A stretch of DNA of 64,000 bases from contig MHPK01000004.1 of assembly GCA_001822075.1 (NCBI GenBank), positions 71,979-135,978 of the forward strand, read 5' to 3'. This DNA is from Candidatus Staskawiczbacteria bacterium RIFOXYB1_FULL_38_37 (GTDB lineage: Bacteria > Patescibacteriota > Minisyncoccia > Minisyncoccales > Staskawiczbacteraceae). A program made the translations under genes and the position numbers. Numbering within the stretch: position 1 is the first letter of the stretch; each line of letters begins with the position of its first letter. Below, one piece after another: positions 41,309-50,068 of the stretch. The notes beneath the pieces were generated by a model. The model was not told the DNA's origin, searched no databases, and was given only the letters and a program-made list of their open reading frames with translations.

Positions 41309-41992
41309 ATGAAAAACCAAAAAGACCATGCCTCCCGGCAGGCAGGCATTTCAACATTAATTGGCATAATGGTTATTGTCGCTGTGACAGTTTTAACCTT
41401 CGGCGGAGTTTTTGCATATCAATATTTTTCGACACCAAAAGAAAAAAATCAGCAGCAGATTGAGGACCAAACCGCTGGCTGGAAAACATATAAAAATAAT
41501 GAATATGGTTTTGAAATAAAATATCCAGCTGATTTTAAAATAAACGAAAATTATTACTATGATCTTTCTGCAGGAACAAGCAATAGCGGTTCATTAAATC
41601 TTCCTGGAGTTTCGTTCTCGATTCCGGTTTCTTACACAGACGGAACAAATTTATCTCCTGACACAAAAATATCTGTTGAAATGAATGCGAAGTCAAAAAA
41701 TTGTCTGGTTACGGAATTTTTAAATTCTCCAAACCCCGTTATAGATATCACAGATGAAATTATAAATAAAATTATCTTTAATAGAGGAACAACGGGCGAT
41801 GCAGGCATGGGAAACTATTATAACGAAACTGTTTATAGTACGAAAGGTTTAACTCCTTGCTATGGAATCCGTTTGTTCGTACACAGCACATCTTTAGGAA
41901 ATTATGAACCAGAGACAAGGGTGGCGTATGATTCGGAAAAATTACAATCAGTTTTTAAACAAATTATTTCTACTTTTAAATTTATAAAATAA
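41309..41992 (+). CDS. Membrane-anchored secreted hypothetical protein
   Basis: 227 aa; N-terminal TM helix ISTLIGIMVIVAVTVLTFGGVFAY, then AGWKTYKNNEYGFEIKYPADF. A GC hairpin at 41329-41349 encodes ASRQAGI. Confidence 0.65.
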   Translation: MKNQKDHASRQAGISTLIGIMVIVAVTVLTFGGVFAYQYFSTPKEKNQQQIEDQTAGWKTYKNNEYGFEIKYPADFKINENYYYDLSAGTSNSGSLNLPGVSFSIPVSYTDGTNLSPDTKISVEMNAKSKNCLVTEFLNSPNPVIDITDEIINKIIFNRGTTGDAGMGNYYNETVYSTKGLTPCYGIRLFVHSTSLGNYEPETRVAYDSEKLQSVFKQIISTFKFIK

Positions 41993-42014
41993 ATAATAAC
42001 TAAAACCAAAACCA

Positions 42015-45000
42015 ATGCGTGTACTTGACCTTGAATCAATAAGAATAAAACTGGCTTCGCCCGATGACATTATGTCATGGTCTCACGGAGAGGTGATAAA
42101 GCCAGAAACAATTAACTACAGAACCCAAAAGCCTGAAAAGGACGGGCTTTTTGATGAAAGAATTTTTGGACCTGAAAAAGATTACGAGTGCGCCTGCGGA
42201 AAATATAAAAGAATAAGGTACAAAGGAGTTGTTTGCGACAGGTGCGGAGTTGAAGTTACAAAATCTTCTGTAAGAAGAGAAAGAATGGGGCATATTAAAT
42301 TGTATGCGCCGGTTTCGCATATTTGGTTTTTAAGAGGAGTTCCATCAAGAATGGGCTTGGTTTTAGATAAATCTTCACAGCAGTTGGAAAAAGTTATTTA
42401 TTTTTCTTCTTATATTGTTACAAAAGTTGATTCTGAAGCCAGAGACAGAATTTTAGATGCTATTGAAGAGGAATACAAAACAAAAGTTAAGAAAGAGAAG
42501 ACAGAAGCCGCAAAAAACGAATTGAGAATTGCCAGGGAAAAAGCGAAAGAAGAAGTTTTGGAAATAAAGCCGCTTAAAATTTTGTCTGAAGTTGTTTATC
42601 ACGCTCTTTCTATGAAATACGGCGAAGTATTTGAAGCGGGAACAGGAGCTGAAGTGGTAAGAGAGATATTTTCTAAAGTTGATTTGAAAAAAGGAGTTGA
42701 AGAATTATCAAAAGAAGCCAAAGAAGCTCCGCCAGCAATGAAGAAAAAAGTTTTGAGAAGATTAAAACTTTTTCAGGGAATGTTAAAAGCCGGCGTAAGG
42801 CCGGAATGGATGTTTTTGGAAATTCTGCCAGTTTTGCCTCCTGACTTAAGGCCGATGGTTCAGTTAGACGGAGGAAGATATGCTTCTTCTGATTTAAATG
42901 ATTTATATAGAAGGGTGATAAACAGAAATAACCGATTAAAATATCTGCAGGAAATTTCAGCCCCATCTGTTATTGTAAGAAATGAAAAAAGAATGCTGCA
43001 GGAAGCGGTTGATGCTTTAATTGACAACGAAATGAGAAAGGGGGTAACAACCACCGCCACCACCGGAGGAAAAAGATTGCTTAAGTCTTTGGCTGCCATG
43101 CTGGCCGGAAAACAGGGAAGGTTTAGGCAGAACCTTTTGGGAAAACGCGTGGATTATTCTGGCAGGTCTGTTATTGCTGTGGGCCCTGAACTGCATTTTT
43201 CGCAGTGCGGTTTGCCAAAAACTTTGGCTTTGGAAATTTTCAAGCCTTTTGTGGTAAAAAGAGTTTTAGACAAAGAGTTAGCTTACAATATTCGCGGAGC
43301 ATCCAGGCTTATTGAGGAAAAAGTTCCTGAAGTCTGGGCTATTTTGGAAGAAATAGTAAAAGAAAAATTGGTTTTGCTAAACCGCGCTCCAACTTTGCAC
43401 AGGCTTGGAATACAGGCATTCAGGCCTGTATTAACAGAGGGCGAAACAATAAAACTGCACCCTTTGGTTTGCGAGGCGTTTAATGCTGACTTTGACGGCG
43501 ACCAGATGGCAGTTTACCTTCCTTTGTCAGACGAGGCTCAAAAAGAAGCAAAAGAAATAATGCTTTCAACTTTGAATCTTTTAAGGCCGGCCACAGGTTT
43601 GCCCGTAATGGGGCCATTCAGAGACATTGCTTTGGGGTGTTACTTTTTGACCAAGTTAAATGCCGTTGAAGATAAAAAACAGCTTAAAGTATATTCCTCT
43701 GGTTCAGAAGCTATTACAGCTTACGAGTATGGATTTTTGGGGCTTAACGACGTTATAAAAGTGCAAAATCCAAAGTCAGACAAGGACGAACTTATTGAAA
43801 CTTCTGTGGGAAGATTAATTTTAAATTCCAGTCTGCCCCATGATTATTTTTATATAAATAAATTAGTAGACAACAAGGGGTTAAAACAGCTTGTAAGGGA
43901 GGTTATTGAAAAATATCCGAACGAAGAGGCCGTTGTTATTTTAGATAAAATAAAACATCTTGGATTTGAATACTGCACTTTGTCTGGAATCAGCTGGGGT
44001 ATGGATGACTTGATAGTCCCTCCAGAAAAGGGAAAGCTTATAGGAGAAGCAGAAGAAGAAGTAAGGCGCATAGATAGCCATTTTGAAAAAGGGCTTTTGT
44101 CTTCCGAAGAAAAAACTTCGCAGAAAATTTTAGTATGGCAGTCAGTAAAAACAAAAATAGAAGCATTGTTAAAAGATACTCTTCCAGCCGAGGGCCCTGT
44201 GATGTCAATTATTAATGCTGGAGCCAGAGGGACATGGGCGCAGCCCGTGCAGATGGCAGGTATGAAAGGTTTAGTGAACAATCCGGCAGGAGACATTATA
44301 GAATTGCCCATTAAATCATCTTTTGCTGAAGGATTTAATGTTTTGGAATATTTTATTTCAACTCACGGAGCCAGAAAAGGAACAGCTGACACAGCTTTAA
44401 GGACTTCTTCGGCAGGATATCTTACAAGAAGGCTTGTTGATGTGGCCCATGATGTTATTATTACAGAAGAAGACTGCGGAGACAAAACAGGGTTTGTGGT
44501 TTATAAAAAAGATGCTGAAGCTATAGACCAGGATTTTATTTTCAAAATAGTTGGCAGGACAACTGTAGAAAATATTGAAACAAAAGCCGAAGGTTCTGAA
44601 CGTGGCCGAAGAATTTTAGCAAAAAAAGGCGAGCTGATCGACTGGAAAACAGCAGATGAAATTTTAAAATCAGGAATTGAGAGGGTTGTTGTGCGCTCTC
44701 CTTTAGCCTGCAAATTGGGCCAGGGAGTTTGCCAAAAATGCTATGGCTGGGATTTGGGTAAAAATAAATTAGTAAAGCTTGGCGAAGCAGTAGGAATTGT
44801 GGCGGCTCAAGCAATTGGAGAACCAGGCACCCAGCTTACATTAAGAACCCACCACTTGGGAGGAATTGTGGGAGCAGGGGATATTACACAGGGTCTGCCA
44901 AGAATTGAAGAAATTTTTGAATCCAGAGCTCCAAAAGGAGAAGCAATAATGTCTTTAACCGATGGAAAAGTGATTGCTATTGACGAAGAAAAAAGGATTG

Positions 45001-45620
45001 TAAAGATTCAGCCCGCCTCGCGTCAAGGCGGGCCAGAGAACAAGAAAGCTGCCAAGAAGGGTATAATGGAATATAAAATTCCTGGCAGAATTGCCATGCT
45101 TGTTGAAAAAGGCCAGGATATAAAAGAAAACCAGCCTTTGTGCGAAGGTTCGCTTGATTTAAAAAAGCTGTACAAATCAGCAGGAGTTGAGGAAACCCAG
45201 AGGTATATTTTGAAGGAAGTGCAAAAAATTTATTCTTCGCAGGGGGTTGATATTCATGACAAACATATTGAAACTATAATTCAAAAAATGTTTTCAAGAA
45301 TAAGAGTGAAAGAAGAAGGAGATTCTGATTGGATAAGAGGAGAGGTTGTTGAAAAAGCTATTTTTGAAGAAGAGGCGGATGCTCTCAAAAAATCCAAGAA
45401 AACTCCGCCGGCAGGAACTCAAATATTACTTGGAATTTCAGAAGTTGCATTAAATTCGGAATCATTTTTGTCAGCAGCTTCCTTTCAGCAGACTTCAAGG
45501 GTTTTGATTAAAGCATCTTTAGAAGGCAAGGAAGACAGGTTGCGCGGATTAAAAGAAAACGTAATTATAGGAAAACTTATACCTGTTGGAACAGGATTTA
45601 TCCCGAAAGAAAAAAAATAA
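42015..45620 (+). CDS. rpoC: DNA-directed RNA polymerase beta-prime subunit
   Basis: 1201 aa; zinc motif CACGKYKRIRYKGVVCDRCGV and catalytic NADFDGDQMAV. Confidence 0.95.
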   Translation: MRVLDLESIRIKLASPDDIMSWSHGEVIKPETINYRTQKPEKDGLFDERIFGPEKDYECACGKYKRIRYKGVVCDRCGVEVTKSSVRRERMGHIKLYAPVSHIWFLRGVPSRMGLVLDKSSQQLEKVIYFSSYIVTKVDSEARDRILDAIEEEYKTKVKKEKTEAAKNELRIAREKAKEEVLEIKPLKILSEVVYHALSMKYGEVFEAGTGAEVVREIFSKVDLKKGVEELSKEAKEAPPAMKKKVLRRLKLFQGMLKAGVRPEWMFLEILPVLPPDLRPMVQLDGGRYASSDLNDLYRRVINRNNRLKYLQEISAPSVIVRNEKRMLQEAVDALIDNEMRKGVTTTATTGGKRLLKSLAAMLAGKQGRFRQNLLGKRVDYSGRSVIAVGPELHFSQCGLPKTLALEIFKPFVVKRVLDKELAYNIRGASRLIEEKVPEVWAILEEIVKEKLVLLNRAPTLHRLGIQAFRPVLTEGETIKLHPLVCEAFNADFDGDQMAVYLPLSDEAQKEAKEIMLSTLNLLRPATGLPVMGPFRDIALGCYFLTKLNAVEDKKQLKVYSSGSEAITAYEYGFLGLNDVIKVQNPKSDKDELIETSVGRLILNSSLPHDYFYINKLVDNKGLKQLVREVIEKYPNEEAVVILDKIKHLGFEYCTLSGISWGMDDLIVPPEKGKLIGEAEEEVRRIDSHFEKGLLSSEEKTSQKILVWQSVKTKIEALLKDTLPAEGPVMSIINAGARGTWAQPVQMAGMKGLVNNPAGDIIELPIKSSFAEGFNVLEYFISTHGARKGTADTALRTSSAGYLTRRLVDVAHDVIITEEDCGDKTGFVVYKKDAEAIDQDFIFKIVGRTTVENIETKAEGSERGRRILAKKGELIDWKTADEILKSGIERVVVRSPLACKLGQGVCQKCYGWDLGKNKLVKLGEAVGIVAAQAIGEPGTQLTLRTHHLGGIVGAGDITQGLPRIEEIFESRAPKGEAIMSLTDGKVIAIDEEKRIVKIQPASRQGGPENKKAAKKGIMEYKIPGRIAMLVEKGQDIKENQPLCEGSLDLKKLYKSAGVEETQRYILKEVQKIYSSQGVDIHDKHIETIIQKMFSRIRVKEEGDSDWIRGEVVEKAIFEEEADALKKSKKTPPAGTQILLGISEVALNSESFLSAASFQQTSRVLIKASLEGKEDRLRGLKENVIIGKLIPVGTGFIPKEKK
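45011..45033. repeat. GC hairpin inside rpoC
   Basis: GCCCGCC-TCGCGTCAA-GGCGGGC; encodes PASRQGGP. Confidence 0.85.
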
Positions 45621-45633
45621 TTAGTAATTAGAA

Positions 45634-45675
45634 ACAAAAACAGCCCCGCCAAGGCGGGGCTGTTTTTGTTTTGGT
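45634..45675 (+). terminator. rpoC intrinsic terminator
   Basis: ACAAAAACAGCCCCGCC-AA-GGCGGGGCTGTTTTTGT followed by TTTT. Confidence 0.85.
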
Positions 45676-45685
45676 AAAACATACC

Positions 45686-45735
45686 AGTCGGTGGGGTGTC
45701 CGACACCCCACCGACTCACGTGATGAGTCACGTGA
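45686..45735. promoter_or_regulatory. 14-bp perfect hairpin plus two TCACGTGA palindromes upstream of the orphan gene promoter
   Basis: AGTCGGTGGGGTGT-CCG-ACACCCCACCGACT (45686-45716), then TCACGTGA at 45716-45723 and 45728-45735, 12 bp centre to centre. Confidence 0.55.
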
Positions 45736-45766
45736 GGGCGTGCGAGGCGAGAGCAGGTTTGAATAC

Positions 45767-45795
45767 TTGACAAGGTGGTTGATATATGATATAAT
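45767..45795 (+). promoter_or_regulatory. Consensus sigma70-type promoter of the orphan gene
   Basis: TTGACA, 17 nt, TATAAT. The -10 context TATGATATAAT..ATATAG is nearly the same as at 5876-5895. AAAGGAG RBS at 45847-45853. Confidence 0.65.
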
Positions 45796-45859
45796 TAATA
45801 TAGTAAGGTAAAGAATGTTTCTTTGCCGTTTGACAACCTTTTTTTTAAAGGAGCTGACA

Positions 45860-46360
45860 ATGGATACGTCCAACAGCACCGCCCTGCACGTGAGGCCGTT
45901 AGACCTGAGATTTTCCGAGGACCCCCAAGACCAGGTCATTGCAGAAGACTGCAAGAGGGTTGTGGGGCTGATTATGGAGCAGCTCAGACCGATACTCCGT
46001 TACATGTGTATTCCAATGGGATTCAATGGCGAGAAGAGAGCTAAAACTATTCGTTGTGTAAGAGTCATTGACTTTGTTTCTTCCGGAGTAATTTTTTCTG
46101 CTGGTTTTGTGCTCAACCTTTTTTTGGATGAAAAAGGGATATTTTTTCTGGCATCCTGTCCAAAAAATGAAAAGCCGACATTGTGGAACAGAGTAAATGG
46201 CAACCCCGAAGAATGGGAGGAAGCGCCTTTTGACGAATTGTTGGGGGGTCTGCAAGAGCTTCTCCGTCGGGCAACGGAAAAACACCAAGAGCACGTTAAG
46301 GTTACCGCAAAGCGCAAAGAGCTTTTCGACAAATTGATCGCTGTCCTGAAGCAAGGCTGA
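45860..46360 (+). CDS. 166-aa orphan protein, compositionally foreign (about 47 percent GC)
   Basis: ATG 45860 was chosen because of the RBS (MDTSNSTALHVRPLDLRF..). No motif recognised. The overlapping antisense ORFs are GC-driven shadows. Confidence 0.65.
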   Translation: MDTSNSTALHVRPLDLRFSEDPQDQVIAEDCKRVVGLIMEQLRPILRYMCIPMGFNGEKRAKTIRCVRVIDFVSSGVIFSAGFVLNLFLDEKGIFFLASCPKNEKPTLWNRVNGNPEEWEEAPFDELLGGLQELLRRATEKHQEHVKVTAKRKELFDKLIAVLKQG

Positions 46361-46388
46361 TAGGACCTAGGCTCACGGCGAGCTCTAT

Positions 46389-46436
46389 GCCGCTTCTGGA
46401 TTCTTCAGAATCTGGAAGCGGCTTTTTTTTTTTTTT
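46389..46436 (+). terminator. Strong intrinsic terminator of the orphan gene
   Basis: GCCGCTTCTGGATT / AATCTGGAAGCGGC stem (two G-U pairs) followed by 14 T. Confidence 0.85.
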
Positions 46437-46602
46437 ATTGTTTGTTAGCAGAAGATAAACAAGGCATAACCGACTAAATTGGTCGGTTATGAATGTAAAG
46501 CATAATCTTCTCTATAATTAAAATTAAAAAGTTAAAATTAAGAAAAAATAACATGACTTAAACTTGTTTTTTTAGCTCTAACAGGGTAAACTTAAAATAA
46601 TT

Positions 46603-47286
46603 ATGGCTTCAAGCAAAGAGACAATTATTATTTCGCTGGGCGGGAGCTTGGTGGCTCCCAATGACATTGATATAGGGTTTTTGAAAAATTTTAAGCATTC
46701 TTTAAAAAAATATATTGGATCAAGAAGATTTTTTATTTTAGTAGGAGGAGGAAAAATATGCAGAAATTACCAGAAAGCGCTTTTGGAGTTTGGAGCTAAA
46801 TCAGCTGACAGAGATTGGATTGGCATTAATGTTTCAAAATTAAATGCAGAAGTTGTAAAACAATTATTTTCTGGATATTCTTATGAAAAAATTATTACAG
46901 ACCCGAATAAAAAAGTAAAAACAAATAAAAATATAATAGTGGGAGCTGGCTGGAAGCCGGGCTGGTCAACAGATTACGATGCTGTTTTAATGGCAAAAAA
47001 TAATAAAGCAGATACTATTATAAATCTTACAAACATAGATTATGTTTATGATAAAAATCCCAGCCAGTTTTCTGATGCAAAACCTTTAAAAGAAATTGAT
47101 TGGAAAAGCTTTAAACATATTGTGGGGGATAAATGGACTCCCGGGCTTTCAATGCCTTTTGACCCAAAAGCCTCAAAACTTGCTGAAAAGTTTAAATTGA
47201 AAGTAGCTATTATAAACGGAAAATATTTAGATCGGCTGGAAGATTTTTTAAACAACAAGCCGTTTGTTGGAACTATAATTAGTTAA
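46603..47286 (+). CDS. pyrH: UMP kinase, archaeal-type
   Basis: 227 aa; amino-acid-kinase fold (IIISLGGSLVAP..FFILVGGGKICRNY..GWKPGWSTDYDAVLMA). Confidence 0.8.
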   Translation: MASSKETIIISLGGSLVAPNDIDIGFLKNFKHSLKKYIGSRRFFILVGGGKICRNYQKALLEFGAKSADRDWIGINVSKLNAEVVKQLFSGYSYEKIITDPNKKVKTNKNIIVGAGWKPGWSTDYDAVLMAKNNKADTIINLTNIDYVYDKNPSQFSDAKPLKEIDWKSFKHIVGDKWTPGLSMPFDPKASKLAEKFKLKVAIINGKYLDRLEDFLNNKPFVGTIIS

Positions 47287-47295
47287 AATAAGATT

Positions 47296-47736
47296 ATGGA
47301 TAAAAGGCTTTTATTATTAGTCATTATATTAACATCATTAATTATAATTTTAATTATCAATATGGGTATATTCTCATTTATAAAAAATAAAAAAACTAAA
47401 ACTTTTTTGAATTATCAAAAAGTGACTTTGCAACAAATTGAACAAGAAAAAGATAAACTTAATGGCAAAAAAGTTGAATATACTGGTGAATGCGAATTGG
47501 CTTTTGAAATTTCTTTATTAGACCGAAAAATTTGGATAGAACCATCGGTAAATTATGTAACTGGAGAAGGATTGCCTAATTTTCACAATGGCTCTTATCA
47601 TGCAAAAATAAGAGTTTTTGGAACATTGTTAGCAGAAAAAGGTGCTCATTACGGACATCTTGGCATGGAGTTATACCAAATAAATGCAGACAAGATAGAA
47701 CTTTTAGAAAGATTACCAATAATTCCGCAAGAGTAA
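47296..47736 (+). CDS. Small N-terminally anchored protein (cassette ORF A)
   Basis: 146 aa; anchor MDKRLLLLVIILTSLIIILIINMGIFSF. Confidence 0.6.
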   Translation: MDKRLLLLVIILTSLIIILIINMGIFSFIKNKKTKTFLNYQKVTLQQIEQEKDKLNGKKVEYTGECELAFEISLLDRKIWIEPSVNYVTGEGLPNFHNGSYHAKIRVFGTLLAEKGAHYGHLGMELYQINADKIELLERLPIIPQE

Positions 47737-47766
47737 ATTATAATAAACAAAATTAATAAAGATTTA

Positions 47767-47886
47767 ATGCCCAAACAAGAAATTAAAATTTTAATAGAGA
47801 AAGCAATCAAAAATTTGATAAAACAGGAGGAGTATAAAGGTATCTCTATTGCAGATATTTTAGTTGAACGCCCCGATGAAAAGTAG
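47767..47886 (+). pseudogene. Truncated argS 5' fragment (39 codons)
   Basis: MPKQEIKILIEKAIKNLIKQEEYKGISIADILVERPDEK*. Compare the real ArgRS N-terminus MKEEIKKLIEKAIKDLQKEKKL. Confidence 0.75.
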
Positions 47887-47966
47887 CCGTTATCAACGGA
47901 AAATATTTAGACCGGCTGGAATATTTTTTAAACAACAAGCTGTTCATCGGTACAACCATTAATTAA
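47883..47966 (+). pseudogene. Duplicated pyrH 3' fragment (27 codons plus stop)
   Basis: VAVINGKYLDRLEYFLNNKLFIGTTIN*; 70/84 nt identical to 47203-47286. Confidence 0.8.
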
Positions 47967-47972
47967 ATTTGT

Positions 47973-48410
47973 ATGAGCACAAGGCTTTTGATTTTAGCCA
48001 TTATATTATCAATATTGATTATAATTTTAATAACTATGGGAATATTTTCATTTTTAAATAAAAATAAAGAGAAGGCATCAGAAACATTTAAGTTTGGTTC
48101 TTCTCCAGAATCAAAGGGCTATAAACTTTTAACAAATGTTTCTGAATTTTCAAAAGAATATCAGGAAGCTTTGAATACAGTGATAGCCAAATTAAAAAGC
48201 GAAAAAGATAATCCAAATGATTATTATGTAAAGATAAAACAAGCAGAAGAATATAATACTAATACCATAATAGTCTCTATTATTCACAAAAATACTTTTG
48301 AGACAAAAGACCCGAACAAAGTTATAGCTGGCAACCCAAGCGGTAAAGACAGGAATATTTATTATAATTTAGATGTTAAAATAATTACAAAAGATTTATT
48401 GACACGATAA
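47973..48410 (+). CDS. Small N-terminally anchored protein (cassette ORF B)
   Basis: 145 aa; the anchor MSTRLLILAIILSILIIILITMGIFSF is similar to ORF A, and the rest is unrelated. Confidence 0.6.
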   Translation: MSTRLLILAIILSILIIILITMGIFSFLNKNKEKASETFKFGSSPESKGYKLLTNVSEFSKEYQEALNTVIAKLKSEKDNPNDYYVKIKQAEEYNTNTIIVSIIHKNTFETKDPNKVIAGNPSGKDRNIYYNLDVKIITKDLLTR

Positions 48411-50068
48411 TGAAAGAAGAAATAAAAAAACTAATTGAAAAAGCAATAAAAGACTTGCAGAAAGAGAAAAAATTGCCGGAATTTCAAATTCCAAATATTT
48501 CGATTTTTAATTCAAAAATTTTGTCGTACGGAGATTATAATACAGACATACTTTTTAAATTAAATAAAATATACAATATATCACCAGAAGTAATTGTTAA
48601 ACCATTGTTTAAAAAAATTACTAGCAGTAATACTTACGATAAATTTGATGATGTTGAGCTACTTAACGGCTTTATCAATTTTTTTATTAAAGATGAGTAT
48701 CTGCAAAATCAGCTGGAAGTAATTTTAAAGGAAAAAGATAAATTTGGAAATTTAAATTTAGAAGAAAAAGTTCACCCAGTTAAATCCGCCAAAGGCGGTA
48801 CTTCGCTAAAAGCGAAGCAATTTAACCGGGTAAATATAGAATTTATTTCAGCAAATCCGACAGGGCCTTTGACCTTGGGAAACGGAAGGGGCGGATTTTG
48901 CGGAGATGCTCTGGCAAATATTTTAGAAAAAGCAGGATATAAAGTTTCAAGAGAATATTATGTTAACGATACGGGAAATCAAATTAACAAATTAGGACAT
49001 TCTGTAATTGGAGACGCAGAAGCTGTTTATAAAGGAGAATATATAAATGAATTGCAGAAAAAAATAAAAGGCAATAACCCGCAGGACATTGGAGAAAAAG
49101 CGTCAAAAGTTATTTTTGAAAAAATGATAAAGCCGTCTGTAAAAAAAATGGGAGTTAAATTTGACACATGGTTTTCAGAAAAAACTTTGTATAAAAACAA
49201 AGAAGTGGATGAGGCCATAAACGAATTATCAAAAAAAGGATTTACTTATGAAAGCGAGGGCGCTTTGTGGTTTAGATCAAAAGATTTGGGGGACGACAAA
49301 GACAGGGTTTTAATAAGAGCCGATGGGATTAAAACTTATTTCGCTTCGGATATTGCCTATTTAAAAAACAAATTTAAAAGAGATTTTAACAAATTAATTA
49401 TATTTTTGGGGGCTGACCATTACGGCTATGTGGCTCGCTTAAAAGCTGCCTCGCACGCTTTAGGTTTTGGCGAAGACAGCATTGATGCTATTGTAATGCA
49501 GTTGGTTCGTCTTTTTGAAAAAGGCAAAGAAGTTAGAATGTCAAAAAGAAGCGGCATTTATGTGACAATAGACGAATTAATAGATGAGGTTGGGTTGGAT
49601 GTTGCCAGATTTTTCTTTTTAATGATAGGCCCAAACACGCATTTAAATTTTAATTTGGATTTAGCTAAAGAAAAATCAGAGAAAAATCCGGTTTTTAAGG
49701 TTCAGTACGCATATGCTCGGATTTGCTCAATTATTCGCAAATCCAAGAATTTTCAATTTTCAATTTTTAATTTTCAATCAAATTATAACTTAAAATTATT
49801 AAATGAAAAAAGCGAATTGGAATTGATCAAGCAATTAATTAGGTTTCCGGAAATTGTTGAGGACATTGCCAAAGATTATCAAGTTCAAAGATTGCCGAAA
49901 TATGCCATGGAATTAGCCGACTCTTTTCATAAATTTTATGAAAATTGCCAGGTAATTTCAAAAAATAAAGAATTAACAAAAGCCCGGCTTTCTCTTATTT
50001 CGGCAACAAAAATTGTTTCAAAAAATACTTTAGATTTAATGGGTATATCAACGCCCGAGAGAATGTAA
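48410..50068 (+). CDS. argS: Arginyl-tRNA synthetase
   Basis: 552 aa; EFISANPTGPLTLGNGRG, MSKRSG, C-terminal anticodon-binding domain. Contains repeat insertions at 48775-48830 and about 49745-49790. Confidence 0.93.
   Translation: MKEEIKKLIEKAIKDLQKEKKLPEFQIPNISIFNSKILSYGDYNTDILFKLNKIYNISPEVIVKPLFKKITSSNTYDKFDDVELLNGFINFFIKDEYLQNQLEVILKEKDKFGNLNLEEKVHPVKSAKGGTSLKAKQFNRVNIEFISANPTGPLTLGNGRGGFCGDALANILEKAGYKVSREYYVNDTGNQINKLGHSVIGDAEAVYKGEYINELQKKIKGNNPQDIGEKASKVIFEKMIKPSVKKMGVKFDTWFSEKTLYKNKEVDEAINELSKKGFTYESEGALWFRSKDLGDDKDRVLIRADGIKTYFASDIAYLKNKFKRDFNKLIIFLGADHYGYVARLKAASHALGFGEDSIDAIVMQLVRLFEKGKEVRMSKRSGIYVTIDELIDEVGLDVARFFFLMIGPNTHLNFNLDLAKEKSEKNPVFKVQYAYARICSIIRKSKNFQFSIFNFQSNYNLKLLNEKSELELIKQLIRFPEIVEDIAKDYQVQRLPKYAMELADSFHKFYENCQVISKNKELTKARLSLISATKIVSKNTLDLMGISTPERM
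48775..48830. repeat. 56-nt composite structured element inside argS
   Basis: Outer stem CCCAGTTAAA/TTTAACCGGG (9 of 10 pairs) encloses the hairpins TCCGCC-AAA-GGCGG and CTTCGC-TAAAA-GCGAAG; encodes HPVKSAKGGTSLKAKQFNR. Confidence 0.85.

Noticed and set aside
45628-46354. Minus-strand ORFs 45628-45954, 45899-46354 and 46000-46332, and plus-strand ORF 45823-46044
   Set aside because: They overlap the promoter, operator and terminator and the RBS-supported 45860-46360 ORF. Long open antisense frames are expected in locally GC-rich DNA.
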